This document shows positions 33,813-45,215 of a stretch of DNA of 64,000 nucleotides, piece by piece (positions within the stretch are counted from its first letter, which is position 1; every line of letters begins with the position of its first letter). The position numbers and the translations under genes are program-made. The notes beneath the pieces were generated by a model. That model made no database searches. It was not told the origin of the DNA and was given only the letters and a program-made list of their open reading frames with translations. Source of the stretch: Diplonema japonicum (taxonomy: Eukaryota; Protista; Euglenozoa: Diplonemea); NCBI GenBank assembly GCA_964019335.1, contig OZ025650.1, forward strand, positions 1 to 64,000, written 5' to 3'.

Positions 33813-35110
33813 TATTTATTTATAGGTATCGTTTTTTTCTCATTTCAAGACAAGAGGTGAGAAACAAATCAAATCGAAAAAAAAAAAGAAACAAACACTA
33901 ACTACTGTGCAAGCTTACTGATCTATTCTTTTTCCAGTTTGTTGTTCACGCCAAAATAACAGGAATAACACAAGGGGGGGGGGGGGGGGTGAAAGGGAGG
34001 AGAAGGGGGGAGGACATTGGGCAAAAAGAGATCACTAATTGATGGGGGGGGAGAAGTAAGTATTAGCAACAACCCACCAAGAAAAATAAAATAAAAAAAA
34101 GGGGCGAAAAAATAAATATTGCGTAAAAAAAAAAAAAAAAAAAGCATGAAAGTTTTCTTTCTATTTCAGGGAGACTTTCTCTTTCTTTATTCCCCCCCCC
34201 CCCCCAACAAACAAAGGGGGGAGGTGAAGTGAAATATATAAAAAAAGCCAGGAGAAAAAACAGAGGAAAAAAAAAAAGAAACAGATATAGGGTCTGTAAA
34301 GAGGCAGAAGAAGAAGAATGAGAGAGGTAACACGGAGGGAATAAAAGACGGGGGATGATAAGAGAGGGATTTTGGCCGCCTCTTTGTTTGTTTTCCCCTT
34401 GTTCTTTTGGTCTTGAAAAGTCCACTCTTCGGCCCTGTAATGTAACACAGCTGTGCTTGCTAAAATAACTTTAAAAAAAGGGGGGGGGGCAAAAAGGAAG
34501 AATAGATATTCTGCGAATTGCTGTACTTAGCTAGATACGGGCCTATCCTCCAGTGTTCACATAAAAGTGAAGATATTTTTCTTTTCTTTTTCTTATCTTC
34601 GCCTTTGCTGTGATATGATACATCTGAACATTAAACACAAACGAGAGAAAAAAAAGGGGGGTGAACAAACAGCTCTATTTTCCCATTGTGTCACTTTTTT
34701 TTCTTTCTTTCTTTCTCTTTTAAAAAAAAACGAAAAATAAAAATATGGCCAGACCTAAAACAAATCCTCGATGGGGTATTTTCTCTCTTTTTTTCTCTCT
34801 TTCCTTCTCTCGCACACTTTGCCCCCCCCCCCCCCCCCCCCCCTCCCATTCGCAGCAAAACAAAAAGACTTGCTTTCAAGTCAACTATGCTTTCTTCATG
34901 AAAGATCGACAAAAGGCGGTTCTTTTTTTTTTTAATCTTCCTCTGAGCAGAGCTGCAACCTACTAGTACTTCTTTTCTTTTTTCTTTTTTTCTTCCTCTG
35001 TCGGCAGCTCACAGGAAGGTAATAGGGGCACAACAAAGGGGGGAGAGAAGAAGACGAGGGAGTGAGAAAGAAAAGGGGGTGTTTTCGCAAAGGACCCATC
35101 CACACAAAAG

Positions 35111-35187
35111 AACTCATAGTACAGGACAAGCCCCCCCCCCCCCCCCCCCCCGCTGGAGGGCTGCCTTATGGACGGGAGGATTCTCTC
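35111..35187. repeat. Dispersed ~60-bp repeat, copy 1 (copy 2 at 45157-45215)
   Basis: AACTCAwAGTACAGGACAAG-C(n)-GCTrGAGGGCyGCCyyATGG shared by both copies. Confidence 0.75.
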
Positions 35188-35616
35188 AAAGAACCAACCC
35201 GACCACCTTCGTGGTTGGTCTCTATCTCTTCTTTGATGCTCTCCTTTTATTTTAAAGACATGCTTTTCACCCCCCTTTATTTTTCTTTTGTTAAAAATCG
35301 AGCAAGCCTCATAAAACAAAGCAGCTTCGTAGGGGGGGTGGGGGGGGGCTTTTTTTCATTTATTTTGTTGGTCCTTTCTTTTCTTCTCCCTTTTCTTATT
35401 CTTCTCTTTTTCTCCCTTTTTTTTTTCCAGCTCAAATAAAAATATCCTTTTTTAACATAAAAGAAAAGGTCAGGGAAAAAAAAAAAGAATTGCACGGCGT
35501 AGAAGGAAAAAAAAAAAAGAGGCGGTGTTTTAAGGGCAAAAAAAAAAAGACCCCCAAAGAGAAAACACGAAGGGTAAAGAGAGAAACAATATCTTTCCTT
35601 TTTTTTTTGTTTTGTT

Positions 35617-36194
35617 TTAATTTGCGTGCTGTATCCGCTCAGCGACCCAATCCAGCCCATCGGACAGGCCTTCCCCGGTCAGAGCACAACACGACTGAAC
35701 GTGCCATTCGTGTTGCGTGATTTTATGGAGAGAGAGCCTGTTCGCGATTTCTTCTTGACTGAGCGCACCAGCAACGTCCTATGGATTTTTTTTTTTTTTT
35801 TTTTTCAAACCTGTTTGTTGGCATAGATGAGCAGCCGCGACCCCTTCAAATCTTGATGTTCGATAACATGGAAAAGTTCCTCCTTCACAACTGGCAATCG
35901 TTCTGTGTCTGATGAGTCCACCACCATGATGATAGCCTGCGTGTCGATGTAGTAAAGCCCCCAATCAGGCCGGAGCGACTCCTGCCCGCCCAGATCCCAA
36001 CACACTAAATTGATATTCTTGTGCGAAATTTCCTCAACGTTGCTCCCAATAGTAGGCTGTGTCACAACCACCTCCCCCAGGTGCAAGGAGTACAGAATTG
36101 TCGTCTTCCCCGCATTATTCAATCCTATTATCACTATTTTATAGTCCTTATTACCAAATAGCTTCGTCCACACCTTGCTCATTATGAGGCCCAT
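35617..36194 (-). CDS. ARL5: ARF-like GTPase ARL5; 1 intron (35779-35810)
   Basis: MGLIMSK myristoylation start, GLNNAGKTT, PTIGSNVEE and WDLGGQESLR. The NKQ|D motif is joined across a 32-nt GT..AG intron to a CCALTGEGL exon. Confidence 0.93.
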
Positions 36195-36362
36195 TTCCCC
36201 CCCCCCCCGCTCCTTTTTTTTGCTTAGCTGAAAAAGAAAGTAAGAAAGAAGAAGAAGAAAAAAAAAAGGAAGACACAACAATTGTTTTAAAACTTTCTTT
36301 TTTTTTGATTGTTCTATTTTTCTTGTTTTCTTTTTCCCCGTTTTGTTGTTTTTGTTCTTATC

Positions 36363-39300
36363 TCACAAAGAGACCCTTCGCTCCACAAAGCGGCACTTCT
36401 TCTTTTTATCGTCATTCTCTCCTAACACCTTCAGCTCTGTATCTGCACCAAGAACAGGGTCGGCACAACTGGGCCGGGTTGCATTGATTGTCATTCGGCA
36501 CTTCAGCATTGAGTCCGATGGCATGGCTGCTTCGTGTCCGGCCCGCTCAGGAAGGAAGGTGATGGATTTCCTCTTTAAGGAGGTATTTCTGAAGGGATTC
36601 TCTCTAGACCGTCGAGGAGCCGTGAAGGGGTAGTGCTCTCGAACTACAAGGTACACCTTGCGGCCGATAACAGTAAGTGCACCGAGTTTAAAAACACATA
36701 TCAACACAGAGAGGACCCAGTGGGACGAGGTGTCATACTGAAGAGCCAGCTGCGATGAGACCACAGAGAAGAGGAGGAGCAGACATTCATGTTGGTTGAC
36801 CGAACTCACCCAAGGCTTGTAGAAAGCTGTGGCGAAGAGAAGGGTGAGCGAAGCGAGGTTGATCATAACTAGCTGGCCTCTGACGCCACTCCCGAACACG
36901 ATGATTAGTTGAATGACAAGCCTTCTAACCAGCAAGACAACCCACCACCACCAGTACCCCGCCTTGAACCCCCCTGTTATAAACGATGTCACAACCGTCC
37001 CGCCACTCTCTAGGTACTTCTTGCAACACAGCACCCCCGCCACCGTCCCCACACCGACGTACAGCACAAGCCCCGCGATAGCCAGATCGCGGTAGTTTCC
37101 CCCGCATTGCATCATGGTGTCGCTTTTCAACCTGCTCACCTTGTAGAACGGGTCATCTTGCAGAATGAAGTCCGTGCAAGCCAGGAGGTTAAAGCACCCC
37201 ATCAGCATCGGGTGAACCTGCACAAACCACACCATGAATCCTGTGATCGGCAGTAGCTTCTTAAAAGGAACATCAGCGATGCTGGAAAATCGCGCGTCCC
37301 CTTGTTCCCCAAGAGACTTCGGGGGCGCTGCTTGGTTGTTGTACCGGTACCATACAGCAAGTCTCGCAGCAGCGGCAAGTATGACCGCCCACACGGGGAG
37401 CAGCATGTAGTATACAACACCTACGTGGAGCTCTTCACCTGGGGACTGGGTTCTCCTTATCAAGCAGGATGATATAGGAACGTCTGTGATGTCACCTGTT
37501 GATATCCGGTACTCCCATAAGTACATGTTACGCAGCCACCCGGTGTGCAGTGGGAGGTAGCCGAGTAGGCCATCGCACTGGAGGTACAATCCCGAGCTAA
37601 AGAGGATGCCATGCAGTGGGTTAATCTGTGTGCTGCCTCCTGTGGACAATGGTGTCGATAGGAAGACGACCCACCCAACGTGCACAACGAACATCACTAG
37701 CAGAAGAAGCAGAAACGCTAAAACGACGGCCGTGATCGGGATGCACTTCACGCACCCGGTCCCATCATCCACCCACCCGTCCTCGCATGACCCGCATATG
37801 GGTCCCATGGAACCTTCCTTGCACCGGCTGCCTTCTTCACAGCCGCCTTGCCCACATTTGTAATACACGCTTGAGTTTTCCGACTGCCAGTAACCGTTTT
37901 TAGACACGACTATATTGGTTCCATTACATACACCACCTACAGGACACCCGTCGCACCCAGACTGGTTGTTCATTTTGCTGCCGTAAGGGCAGTCCATTAC
38001 AAGCATCTCATCGGACAGGGCGTACTGCAGGAGGCGGGACGGCGACGACACGTTGAAAGTGTACCTGACACCGTTCAAAGCGGCAGTGAGGTCGTACGAG
38101 GTCTTGGGTATTGTGAGGGCCACAGTCTCGCGGTCTATCAATGCCTCACCTACTGAATTGAGCGTTGCGTACTGCGCTGCGATAGTGCCGTTGTACGACA
38201 TGAGCAGCGAGCCCAGCACGTCGACCACTCCGACAACAGGCTCGTCACTCCTCGACACAGCACCTCCCACACCGGGGACCAGGCGTCCTGTGCCGCGTTC
38301 GATCATCGGGTATGGCTGCGTCAGAAATATAAAAGCATATGGATCTCCAGCTGTGATCAACAGTGTCGCCAATGCACCTTCAAGTCCCACAGACGCGATT
38401 GCAATAGACGCATTGGCAGCGCGTGCCTCCTCTATCACCAGGCCATCGAACACACCCCTGCCATTCACCATGGTAGTGGTCAGCTCTCCAGTGAACGCCT
38501 TGTACTTCGGGCGCGACTGTAGGTTCCTGTCATCATCTGCAATGTCCGTGTAGTACCACAGCAAGCTTGCTGACAAAACTCTTGTGGTGTTGTCATACTC
38601 CAGTAACCTGTTGCCAGCCACGTCCACCGAGTACACCTCTATCGTCGGTACCGTGAGAGCAGGCACCTTGCTTTTTACAACATTTTCCATAATGACTGCC
38701 TCAAGTCCTGCTGCGTCCCCCACAAATTGAACAGAAACCCCAGGCATAACGTAGCCCTGCCCATCGAGGGTCATTGTGAGTGACGTCCCTGAGCTTGGCG
38801 TCATGGGAGGCGGCATGCAACCGATATGCGTGTTATTAATGTACCTTGCAGTAACCACGTGCTTGGCAGGGTCAAAACGGCACTTCAGGTCGGGTGACGG
38901 GAGGAAACCCCGTCCCCTGATCGCCACCTCCACAGGCGCAGCCAACGAGGACAGGAACGGGACAGCATCCATGAGGTACGGAGAGGCTTGCGGGGTAAAG
39001 TGGACGTCGCAAGATGAGATGTAGGGCGGCACAGCCCCCACTGGGTCGAACAGCGAAACATCAATGGTGTCTTTATTGCAACCCAAGCTGGTAACAGGCG
39101 GGGTAGTGCATGCTAGCTCGTGTTTTGATATCACAGTTCCTGGCACTGAAACACCCCCAAAGTAACAACTTGTACCTGTCTCGCTATCGGCAACAATCTT
39201 GTACCCAAACCCAGGCAGTGTGACACTTGTACCTCCGCTGCTGTAGAAGGTGGATGGCACGGCTAGCAGCGCACAGAACGCTGACAGCACCTTGAGGCTT

Positions 39301-42300
39301 GTCAACGGTGTCTGCGGCAAGACGTACAGTAACCGACGAGTGACATCCACGGCCAGCGCTCCAACCCCTGTAATAACCAGCTCTGTGGATGAGAAAACCT
39401 TGTCAGCAGCTATTCTGGACAAGCTGCATGTCCTGCTCCCACATGTCGTGCTATACACCGCTTCCGTCATGGGGTCGTACGCGAGCTGCGACGGTGTGCC
39501 TCCACGTGATGTGTCCACGAGCGTCGTCTCATATATACTACATACAGCGTTCGTGCATGTGTGCTTAACCTCTCCTACGGCTGTCCCTCCAGGAGGTGTG
39601 AATCCCAGTGATATGAATAACGTGTTTTTGCTGCCCACTGCCGAGGCAAGGGCAACGACGCTGGGTGCCCCTGAGATCCACTGCAAGCGGCCAGTAAGGC
39701 TGACCTGCTGCGAAGCATTGGCAGTGAATCCTTCACACGCCCACCCCGGCGCTGCCGCTATCAGTCCACATACATAGTATAGTCTCCCGCCCACGTTGGC
39801 AACAGCGGTTGGAATTGTGATATTGCTGCGGAACGTAAGCGCTCCTTGTGACACACCCCAGGTATCCACCCACACAACACTCACCATGCTCGAAGCAGAT
39901 ACCACAACTAAGGGCCCATCCTCATGCCACGTGGCATCCACAACCCTCGAGGAGTCTGTCATCTCGTGCACGAAGCAGACTTCTGTCGACAGCGCCGTGC
40001 AGAGAGGCGTTCCCGACCTCCCATCCCAATCAGATGCATCGGTGGGCGGCGCAGACACTCTTAGGAGCCTCGGTTGGCTGTACAACTGGCAGATGTCAGA
40101 GAGCAAGAATACTTTCCCATTGTGTTCCCACCCTTTGACAACGGGGCAGGCATCTAGTGTCACGCTACCGCCGAATACTTGCGAAGCAAGGTCGAACAAC
40201 ACAGGCGGGTCTCCCCCCACCCAGGCCAGCTTGTTAACAGAATCTTCGAACAGCAGCGTTGACAGGCTAGACTGGACGACAGTAGACTCAGAGGTGTTGT
40301 GCAGGGTCATGGGGATGTTCCGTGTTGTGCACGAAGGCAGCCCTGTCCAACCCTCAGCGCAGTATTGACATAAGTCACCGGAAAAGTATCCTTTTCCAGG
40401 CTCGTTGTAGCAAGTGCACTCACCTGTTACGCGATCACAGCTGCCTCTCTCATCGCACCGACAGGGCTGATCGCAGTCTGACCCCCAGACTTGATCTGAG
40501 CAAGCAGAACACTGAGGCCCCTGATGCCTGTCGTCACAAATACAGGCACCAGTCTGATCGTCGCATACAGCACTGCCGAAAGGAAACTGAAGAGCGCAGA
40601 TGTCATGTGTGCACTGTCTGGAGCAGTCCTCTCCAAACCAATCAGGTAAACAAACACAGGTACTCTTCAGCCTGTCGCTGCCCCACAAGCACGTACCCTT
40701 CCCGTTGCAAGCACTTCCCGTGACGAGCCCAGGGCACGCATGATCACAATCCGGACCACTCCACATCGCAATGCACTTGCACTGCTGAGCCACAGCAACA
40801 CCATGAGCGCATGGTTCCGTGCAGTTGTCGCCATGCCATCCACTTTCGCACTCCCTACAAGTCACACCCCTGAAGCCTGGAAAGCACACACAATCACCAG
40901 AATCATCACAGGAACCCCTACCCTCGATACAGCCACAAAATAGATTGCAAGAATCGCCGCCCCACGCCGCCTCGCAGACACACACTGCGGAACTGTTGCA
41001 TACGCCTCTCCCACTACAGATGCCTCGTGTTGTCTTCGGACACACGCCACTGCAGTCTGCTCCGACGTACCCGCTGTCGCATGTGCACGTTGCGTTTGTT
41101 GTTTCACACAACCCATTCCCACTGCACGGCAACAAGTTCGTGGAGGGGCACTTTTTGCTGCACTCGGGACCGCCCCAGTCGCCCCGTGGCTCGCACCTGC
41201 ACGAGCCGTCACCTGTGCGTCCGTCATTGCACAACCCGTGCCCTGCGCAGATGATTGACGAATACCCAGGACACTCGCCTGTACAGTTAGCATTATAAAC
41301 ACCAGGATAGGGACACCTCGTTGGGCAAATGTCGTTTTCGCAAGCCGCACCACATCCGCTGTTGCAGTAACATTTCCCATCTAAACATTCGCCTCTGTTG
41401 TTGCAGACATCACCGTTTGCCACAGGACATGCCTTACTGCAGTACAACCCTGACAGACCCGCAGCACATTGACTGCAGTCGTCTCCATCCCAATTGCTGT
41501 TGCACGTGCAAGTGAAGTTTGAGGCTGGCCCACCGCAACTGCCATGCCCACTGCACACAGCATCACGTAGCCCAAGCGGGCACGACAACGAACATGGCGC
41601 TGCAGAGTCGTCGTACCATCCAGAGTTGCAAGTACACGATGCCATTGCGTTGCAGGTACCGTGGCCGCCGCAGAAGGGGCTACCTCTGCACCTTCTTGAA
41701 CAATCTATACCACCGTAGCCATCCTCGCACGTTGAACAATCTGGTAACGCCCATCCTATCTCACACGCACACGGGGGGTCAAGTGCCACACAAACACCGT
41801 TACCATTGCAGTTACATGGTAGCTCGCAAGCGGTACCCCCCCAAGCTGGATCGCAGCTGCACGTCCCATTATTCGTATTACAGGCGCCATGCCCCGAGCA
41901 GGTTCCTCCCCCAGGACACTCTCCACTGCAGTCATCGCCCCAATGCTGAGAGTCGCATGAGTCGCAAAGCGGTGGGGCCCAACCATCGTTGCATTTGCAC
42001 AGACCGTTGCCCGCTCTGTCGCTGTCGCACTCCCCGTGGTCACTGCAGACGACACCTGTTCCTGCAGGGCACACACCCCTGCAATCAGTACCGTACCTAT
42101 TTGTGCTGCACGCTGAACACGAAGGCAACGCCCATCCGTCGCTGCACGTACAGGAACCGTCGCCACTAATGCCCTCCGCACACCAACCGTGACCGCTGCA
42201 TTTATGACAAGCCCCCCCTGAGCAGGGTACATTGCACTCAGCCGTAGCATAACCAGATGCGCAGATATCGCAATACTTGGCAGCCCAGAAGCCAGTCACT

Positions 42301-43169
42301 GCAGAAGAATAACAGATGCATCCCTGCGTGGTGCAGTCGCCGTGCCCATTGCAAGGTATGACTGCTGGGATGGTAGCGTAGAATGAAGAGTTTGAAGCAG
42401 TGAAGCCTTCGACACAAGCATCGGACTGCGTCTGCTGCCAAGTGCATTCGGTTGTCGAGAAAGTGAAATACTTGCACCCAGGGGTTTGTGAGCACTGCTG
42501 GGCGCACTCATCGATGAGCGGGGTAGAGACTAGGGGGACATCGAAACTCCCGCACGTCATATTCGCTTGGATGATGCGGTAGATGGTGGTGTCCTCGCCG
42601 CAGTCATAAGGTAACACACCACACTGGATTTGAGTGGACGGCCAACTACCGTTGATGCATGTAAAGGTTTCAGCATCGCACACGGAAGGGTCGGATTGGC
42701 ACACTGAGCCGTGTGCTGCTGGGAGGCCGCATGAAGGGAAAGCTTGTGAAGCGTTAGGACCGGAGGCAGCGGGAAGTGCCCTGCAGGAAGCACCTGTTGG
42801 GGAACCAAAAGCAGCGGCAAGTGTGGCAGCATCACAATACGTACAGTACACCTGCCCCTTGTTGGAGGGCACTACAGTAGTGTCAACACAGTCCGTGCAT
42901 TCAAGAACGCACTTGTTGTATGTGTTTACAGGACACCGGATCTCCATTGTGTCGCATCGATTGCACACCACAGCACAGTCGCCCCACTCAGGGCACTGCA
43001 CGACCTTCCCAGTACACTCCGTGCCTGTACACACAACCTCACAGTCGACATCGTCTTTGCAAGTAATCACTGGCCCGCAGGGGTCTCCTGCCGAGCATGT
43101 GCATGCCGTCTTCCCCGTAACGTCGACGCACGCTGTAAGGAACAACGACCCCAGCACACAGAGGAGCAT
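36363..43169 (-). CDS. Large cell-surface protein: EGF/laminin-EGF repeats, IPT/TIG-like domains, multi-pass C-terminal membrane region
   Basis: 2268 aa. Signal peptide, many CSGHGxC...CxC..GW.G..C repeats, GGTSVTLPGFG and VAIRGRGF TIG-like motifs, several hydrophobic helices at the C-terminus. Confidence 0.85.
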   Translation of the reverse strand: MLLCVLGSLFLTACVDVTGKTACTCSAGDPCGPVITCKDDVDCEVVCTGTECTGKVVQCPEWGDCAVVCNRCDTMEIRCPVNTYNKCVLECTDCVDTTVVPSNKGQVYCTYCDAATLAAAFGSPTGASCRALPAASGPNASQAFPSCGLPAAHGSVCQSDPSVCDAETFTCINGSWPSTQIQCGVLPYDCGEDTTIYRIIQANMTCGSFDVPLVSTPLIDECAQQCSQTPGCKYFTFSTTECTWQQTQSDACVEGFTASNSSFYATIPAVIPCNGHGDCTTQGCICYSSAVTGFWAAKYCDICASGYATAECNVPCSGGACHKCSGHGWCAEGISGDGSCTCSDGWALPSCSACSTNRYGTDCRGVCPAGTGVVCSDHGECDSDRAGNGLCKCNDGWAPPLCDSCDSQHWGDDCSGECPGGGTCSGHGACNTNNGTCSCDPAWGGTACELPCNCNGNGVCVALDPPCACEIGWALPDCSTCEDGYGGIDCSRRCRGSPFCGGHGTCNAMASCTCNSGWYDDSAAPCSLSCPLGLRDAVCSGHGSCGGPASNFTCTCNSNWDGDDCSQCAAGLSGLYCSKACPVANGDVCNNRGECLDGKCYCNSGCGAACENDICPTRCPYPGVYNANCTGECPGYSSIICAGHGLCNDGRTGDGSCRCEPRGDWGGPECSKKCPSTNLLPCSGNGLCETTNATCTCDSGYVGADCSGVCPKTTRGICSGRGVCNSSAVCVCEAAWGGDSCNLFCGCIEGRGSCDDSGDCVCFPGFRGVTCRECESGWHGDNCTEPCAHGVAVAQQCKCIAMWSGPDCDHACPGLVTGSACNGKGTCLWGSDRLKSTCVCLPDWFGEDCSRQCTHDICALQFPFGSAVCDDQTGACICDDRHQGPQCSACSDQVWGSDCDQPCRCDERGSCDRVTGECTCYNEPGKGYFSGDLCQYCAEGWTGLPSCTTRNIPMTLHNTSESTVVQSSLSTLLFEDSVNKLAWVGGDPPVLFDLASQVFGGSVTLDACPVVKGWEHNGKVFLLSDICQLYSQPRLLRVSAPPTDASDWDGRSGTPLCTALSTEVCFVHEMTDSSRVVDATWHEDGPLVVVSASSMVSVVWVDTWGVSQGALTFRSNITIPTAVANVGGRLYYVCGLIAAAPGWACEGFTANASQQVSLTGRLQWISGAPSVVALASAVGSKNTLFISLGFTPPGGTAVGEVKHTCTNAVCSIYETTLVDTSRGGTPSQLAYDPMTEAVYSTTCGSRTCSLSRIAADKVFSSTELVITGVGALAVDVTRRLLYVLPQTPLTSLKVLSAFCALLAVPSTFYSSGGTSVTLPGFGYKIVADSETGTSCYFGGVSVPGTVISKHELACTTPPVTSLGCNKDTIDVSLFDPVGAVPPYISSCDVHFTPQASPYLMDAVPFLSSLAAPVEVAIRGRGFLPSPDLKCRFDPAKHVVTARYINNTHIGCMPPPMTPSSGTSLTMTLDGQGYVMPGVSVQFVGDAAGLEAVIMENVVKSKVPALTVPTIEVYSVDVAGNRLLEYDNTTRVLSASLLWYYTDIADDDRNLQSRPKYKAFTGELTTTMVNGRGVFDGLVIEEARAANASIAIASVGLEGALATLLITAGDPYAFIFLTQPYPMIERGTGRLVPGVGGAVSRSDEPVVGVVDVLGSLLMSYNGTIAAQYATLNSVGEALIDRETVALTIPKTSYDLTAALNGVRYTFNVSSPSRLLQYALSDEMLVMDCPYGSKMNNQSGCDGCPVGGVCNGTNIVVSKNGYWQSENSSVYYKCGQGGCEEGSRCKEGSMGPICGSCEDGWVDDGTGCVKCIPITAVVLAFLLLLLVMFVVHVGWVVFLSTPLSTGGSTQINPLHGILFSSGLYLQCDGLLGYLPLHTGWLRNMYLWEYRISTGDITDVPISSCLIRRTQSPGEELHVGVVYYMLLPVWAVILAAAARLAVWYRYNNQAAPPKSLGEQGDARFSSIADVPFKKLLPITGFMVWFVQVHPMLMGCFNLLACTDFILQDDPFYKVSRLKSDTMMQCGGNYRDLAIAGLVLYVGVGTVAGVLCCKKYLESGGTVVTSFITGGFKAGYWWWWVVLLVRRLVIQLIIVFGSGVRGQLVMINLASLTLLFATAFYKPWVSSVNQHECLLLLFSVVSSQLALQYDTSSHWVLSVLICVFKLGALTVIGRKVYLVVREHYPFTAPRRSRENPFRNTSLKRKSITFLPERAGHEAAMPSDSMLKCRMTINATRPSCADPVLGADTELKVLGENDDKKKKCRFVERRVSL

Positions 43170-43376
43170 TTCATTGACACGGCCTCTGGAAACAAGATGT
43201 TAATAAAAGCCAAACTAAAATTCGAATAAAGTAGCCGAAAGACCAAGTATCAAGACGAGACAAGACATACGAATTGGGGGAAAGGGAAAGGAAGGAGGGG
43301 GATGACCCTAGCAGCGAATCTTCTGCGTTACAATGTAAAAGGCAATCTTGTGGTGAGCTTTAATCAGTTTGAAGGA

Positions 43377-44684
43377 TCAGATCTCTCCGACGAGTTGCGT
43401 GGCAATAACACCACGCCCAGCAGGATCCTTTACAAACCACAAGGAGTCAGTGAGAGTAGGGGTGTCAACAGTGTGCCAAGACCACTGTGCGTGGGTGCTG
43501 TTGTGCACATATAGCTTGCCCCACCCATGGCGGTTTTTCCTAAAGGCAGACCACTCGGGCTGTGGGTTCATCCAGACATCAGTGCCAGCAGGGTACACAC
43601 CCCTGTTCCCGCCGTCGCCAATGTTCAGTTCCGTCATGGCACCAGGCGTGACCACATTGTTGTAGACAGGCTTGATCCGCTCATAAGTGTGCACATGTCC
43701 GCAGAATAGAATGTCCACCTTGGCCTCGTGCAGCAGCGGCTCCATCGCCAGTTTCATTTGCCACTCCTCAGTTTCATTGTGGTGGTGATGATTGCTGTTG
43801 TACCACGGGGAGTGCAAACCTACGAACAGCCAAGGCGTCACAGCCCTGTCCACCCTGTTGAGCTCCTCCACTAGCCAGTTGTACTGATCGCTCCCTTTGT
43901 TGAAAGGCATATAGCTGTTCAAGGAGATCATGTGCACACCCCCAGTACGCATCGCCCACCAGTACGAACCGCCCATCCAGGTCGACCCGCCTGCGGGTGG
44001 TTTCATTCTTGAGGAGTATGCAATGTATGACTGACCGACGAGGGGCATGGGGTTGTCTTCCTGCTCGTGGTTGCCAGGGAGGACCATCAAAGGAACGCGT
44101 GAGGCGAGCTTCTCGACCATGCGGCCCCAAGAGTCCCAACGTTCGGGCTTGCAGCCGATTTCAGGGTATTTGCAATGCTCAAGTCCCTTCTGCGCGTCGG
44201 CGTAGCAGAGGTCACCGATCAGCCATGTGAGATGGATACCGCCCGGCTGCCCTATGGTGGCGGCCATATCGTCGATGGTGATGGAGGAGTTCACTGTCTG
44301 GCCAAGGTCTCCCACCATGCCAAGGACGACAGGCACATCTTTCCCAAGACACGGAGGGGTGGTGGTGCTGAATGGCAGGGACCAGGCATCAGGACCGCCT
44401 ACTTGGTAGGTGTACTGTGTGTTGCATTTTATGCCCCACACAGCTGCATGAAAAATCAAAGGACTAGTGTACACGGGGTCGGTGCCGTACCTGGACTGGT
44501 ACTGGTACCTCTGGACCTGTGCTGTAGTCACCCTTTGAACACCTTCCAACTTAACCTGGTTGTTCTTCAATGTGCTGTCATCAGCATCCAACCACGACAC
44601 CCAAAAACTCTCTGCATTGTTAAATGCTATGTGCACCTGCTCGGGCATCGCCAGGGCGCCTGCCGCAAGGACAAGGAGCAACAT
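43377..44684 (-). CDS. Secreted purple acid phosphatase
   Basis: PEQVHI, GDLG, GDLCYAD, GNHE, HSPWY and GHVHTYER metal-ligand motifs; signal peptide. Confidence 0.95.
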   Translation of the reverse strand: MLLLVLAAGALAMPEQVHIAFNNAESFWVSWLDADDSTLKNNQVKLEGVQRVTTAQVQRYQYQSRYGTDPVYTSPLIFHAAVWGIKCNTQYTYQVGGPDAWSLPFSTTTPPCLGKDVPVVLGMVGDLGQTVNSSITIDDMAATIGQPGGIHLTWLIGDLCYADAQKGLEHCKYPEIGCKPERWDSWGRMVEKLASRVPLMVLPGNHEQEDNPMPLVGQSYIAYSSRMKPPAGGSTWMGGSYWWAMRTGGVHMISLNSYMPFNKGSDQYNWLVEELNRVDRAVTPWLFVGLHSPWYNSNHHHHNETEEWQMKLAMEPLLHEAKVDILFCGHVHTYERIKPVYNNVVTPGAMTELNIGDGGNRGVYPAGTDVWMNPQPEWSAFRKNRHGWGKLYVHNSTHAQWSWHTVDTPTLTDSLWFVKDPAGRGVIATQLVGEI

Positions 44685-45156
44685 ATGTCAGTTTCCCCTG
44701 GTGCCTTGGTGAATTTAGCAATTTTTCAAAACATAAAGAAGAAGCTTCAAGAACAATCGCAGACACCCGGGGGAAAAAAAAAATCAACCTGAGAAATATA
44801 CCTGGCAGAGTGTTACAGAGGGCTTACTTCGAGACAGAAAAGCGGAAAGCGACGGGAAAAAAAAACGGAGCAAAGGATAAACGCAATGAAGTGTATAATA
44901 AAGGAGGAGCAGCAAGCAGAAAAAAAAGGGGGGGGGAAAGGAGGATATTGTCGCAAAGAAAGTTGCGTTCACTACCTTTCTTTTAAATTATTTTACCCTT
45001 TTTTTGGTTTCTTAGTAAAAAAAGAAGAAATTGGTACAAAAAAAAAATGATAGCAAAAAGAAAACATCATCTTTCAGAATATGAAAAACAGCTTTTTACC
45101 ACCACCACACCCCTTTTTATCTCCCTCAGCTAGCTGGTGCCTTCATCGGCATAGTA

Positions 45157-45215
45157 AACTCAAAGTACAGGACAAGCCCCCCGCTAGAGGGCCGCCCCAT
45201 GGGAGGGGGTCTATC
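45157..45215. repeat. Dispersed ~60-bp repeat, copy 2
   Basis: Matches 35111-35187 apart from C-tract length (6 vs about 21) and a few substitutions. Confidence 0.75.

Noticed and set aside
7859-35810. Stop-codon reassignment or pseudogenes explaining the split ORFs (kinase, eIF3i, ABCA, ARL5)
   Set aside because: Every break is cleanly resolved by a short GT-AG intron under the standard genetic code.
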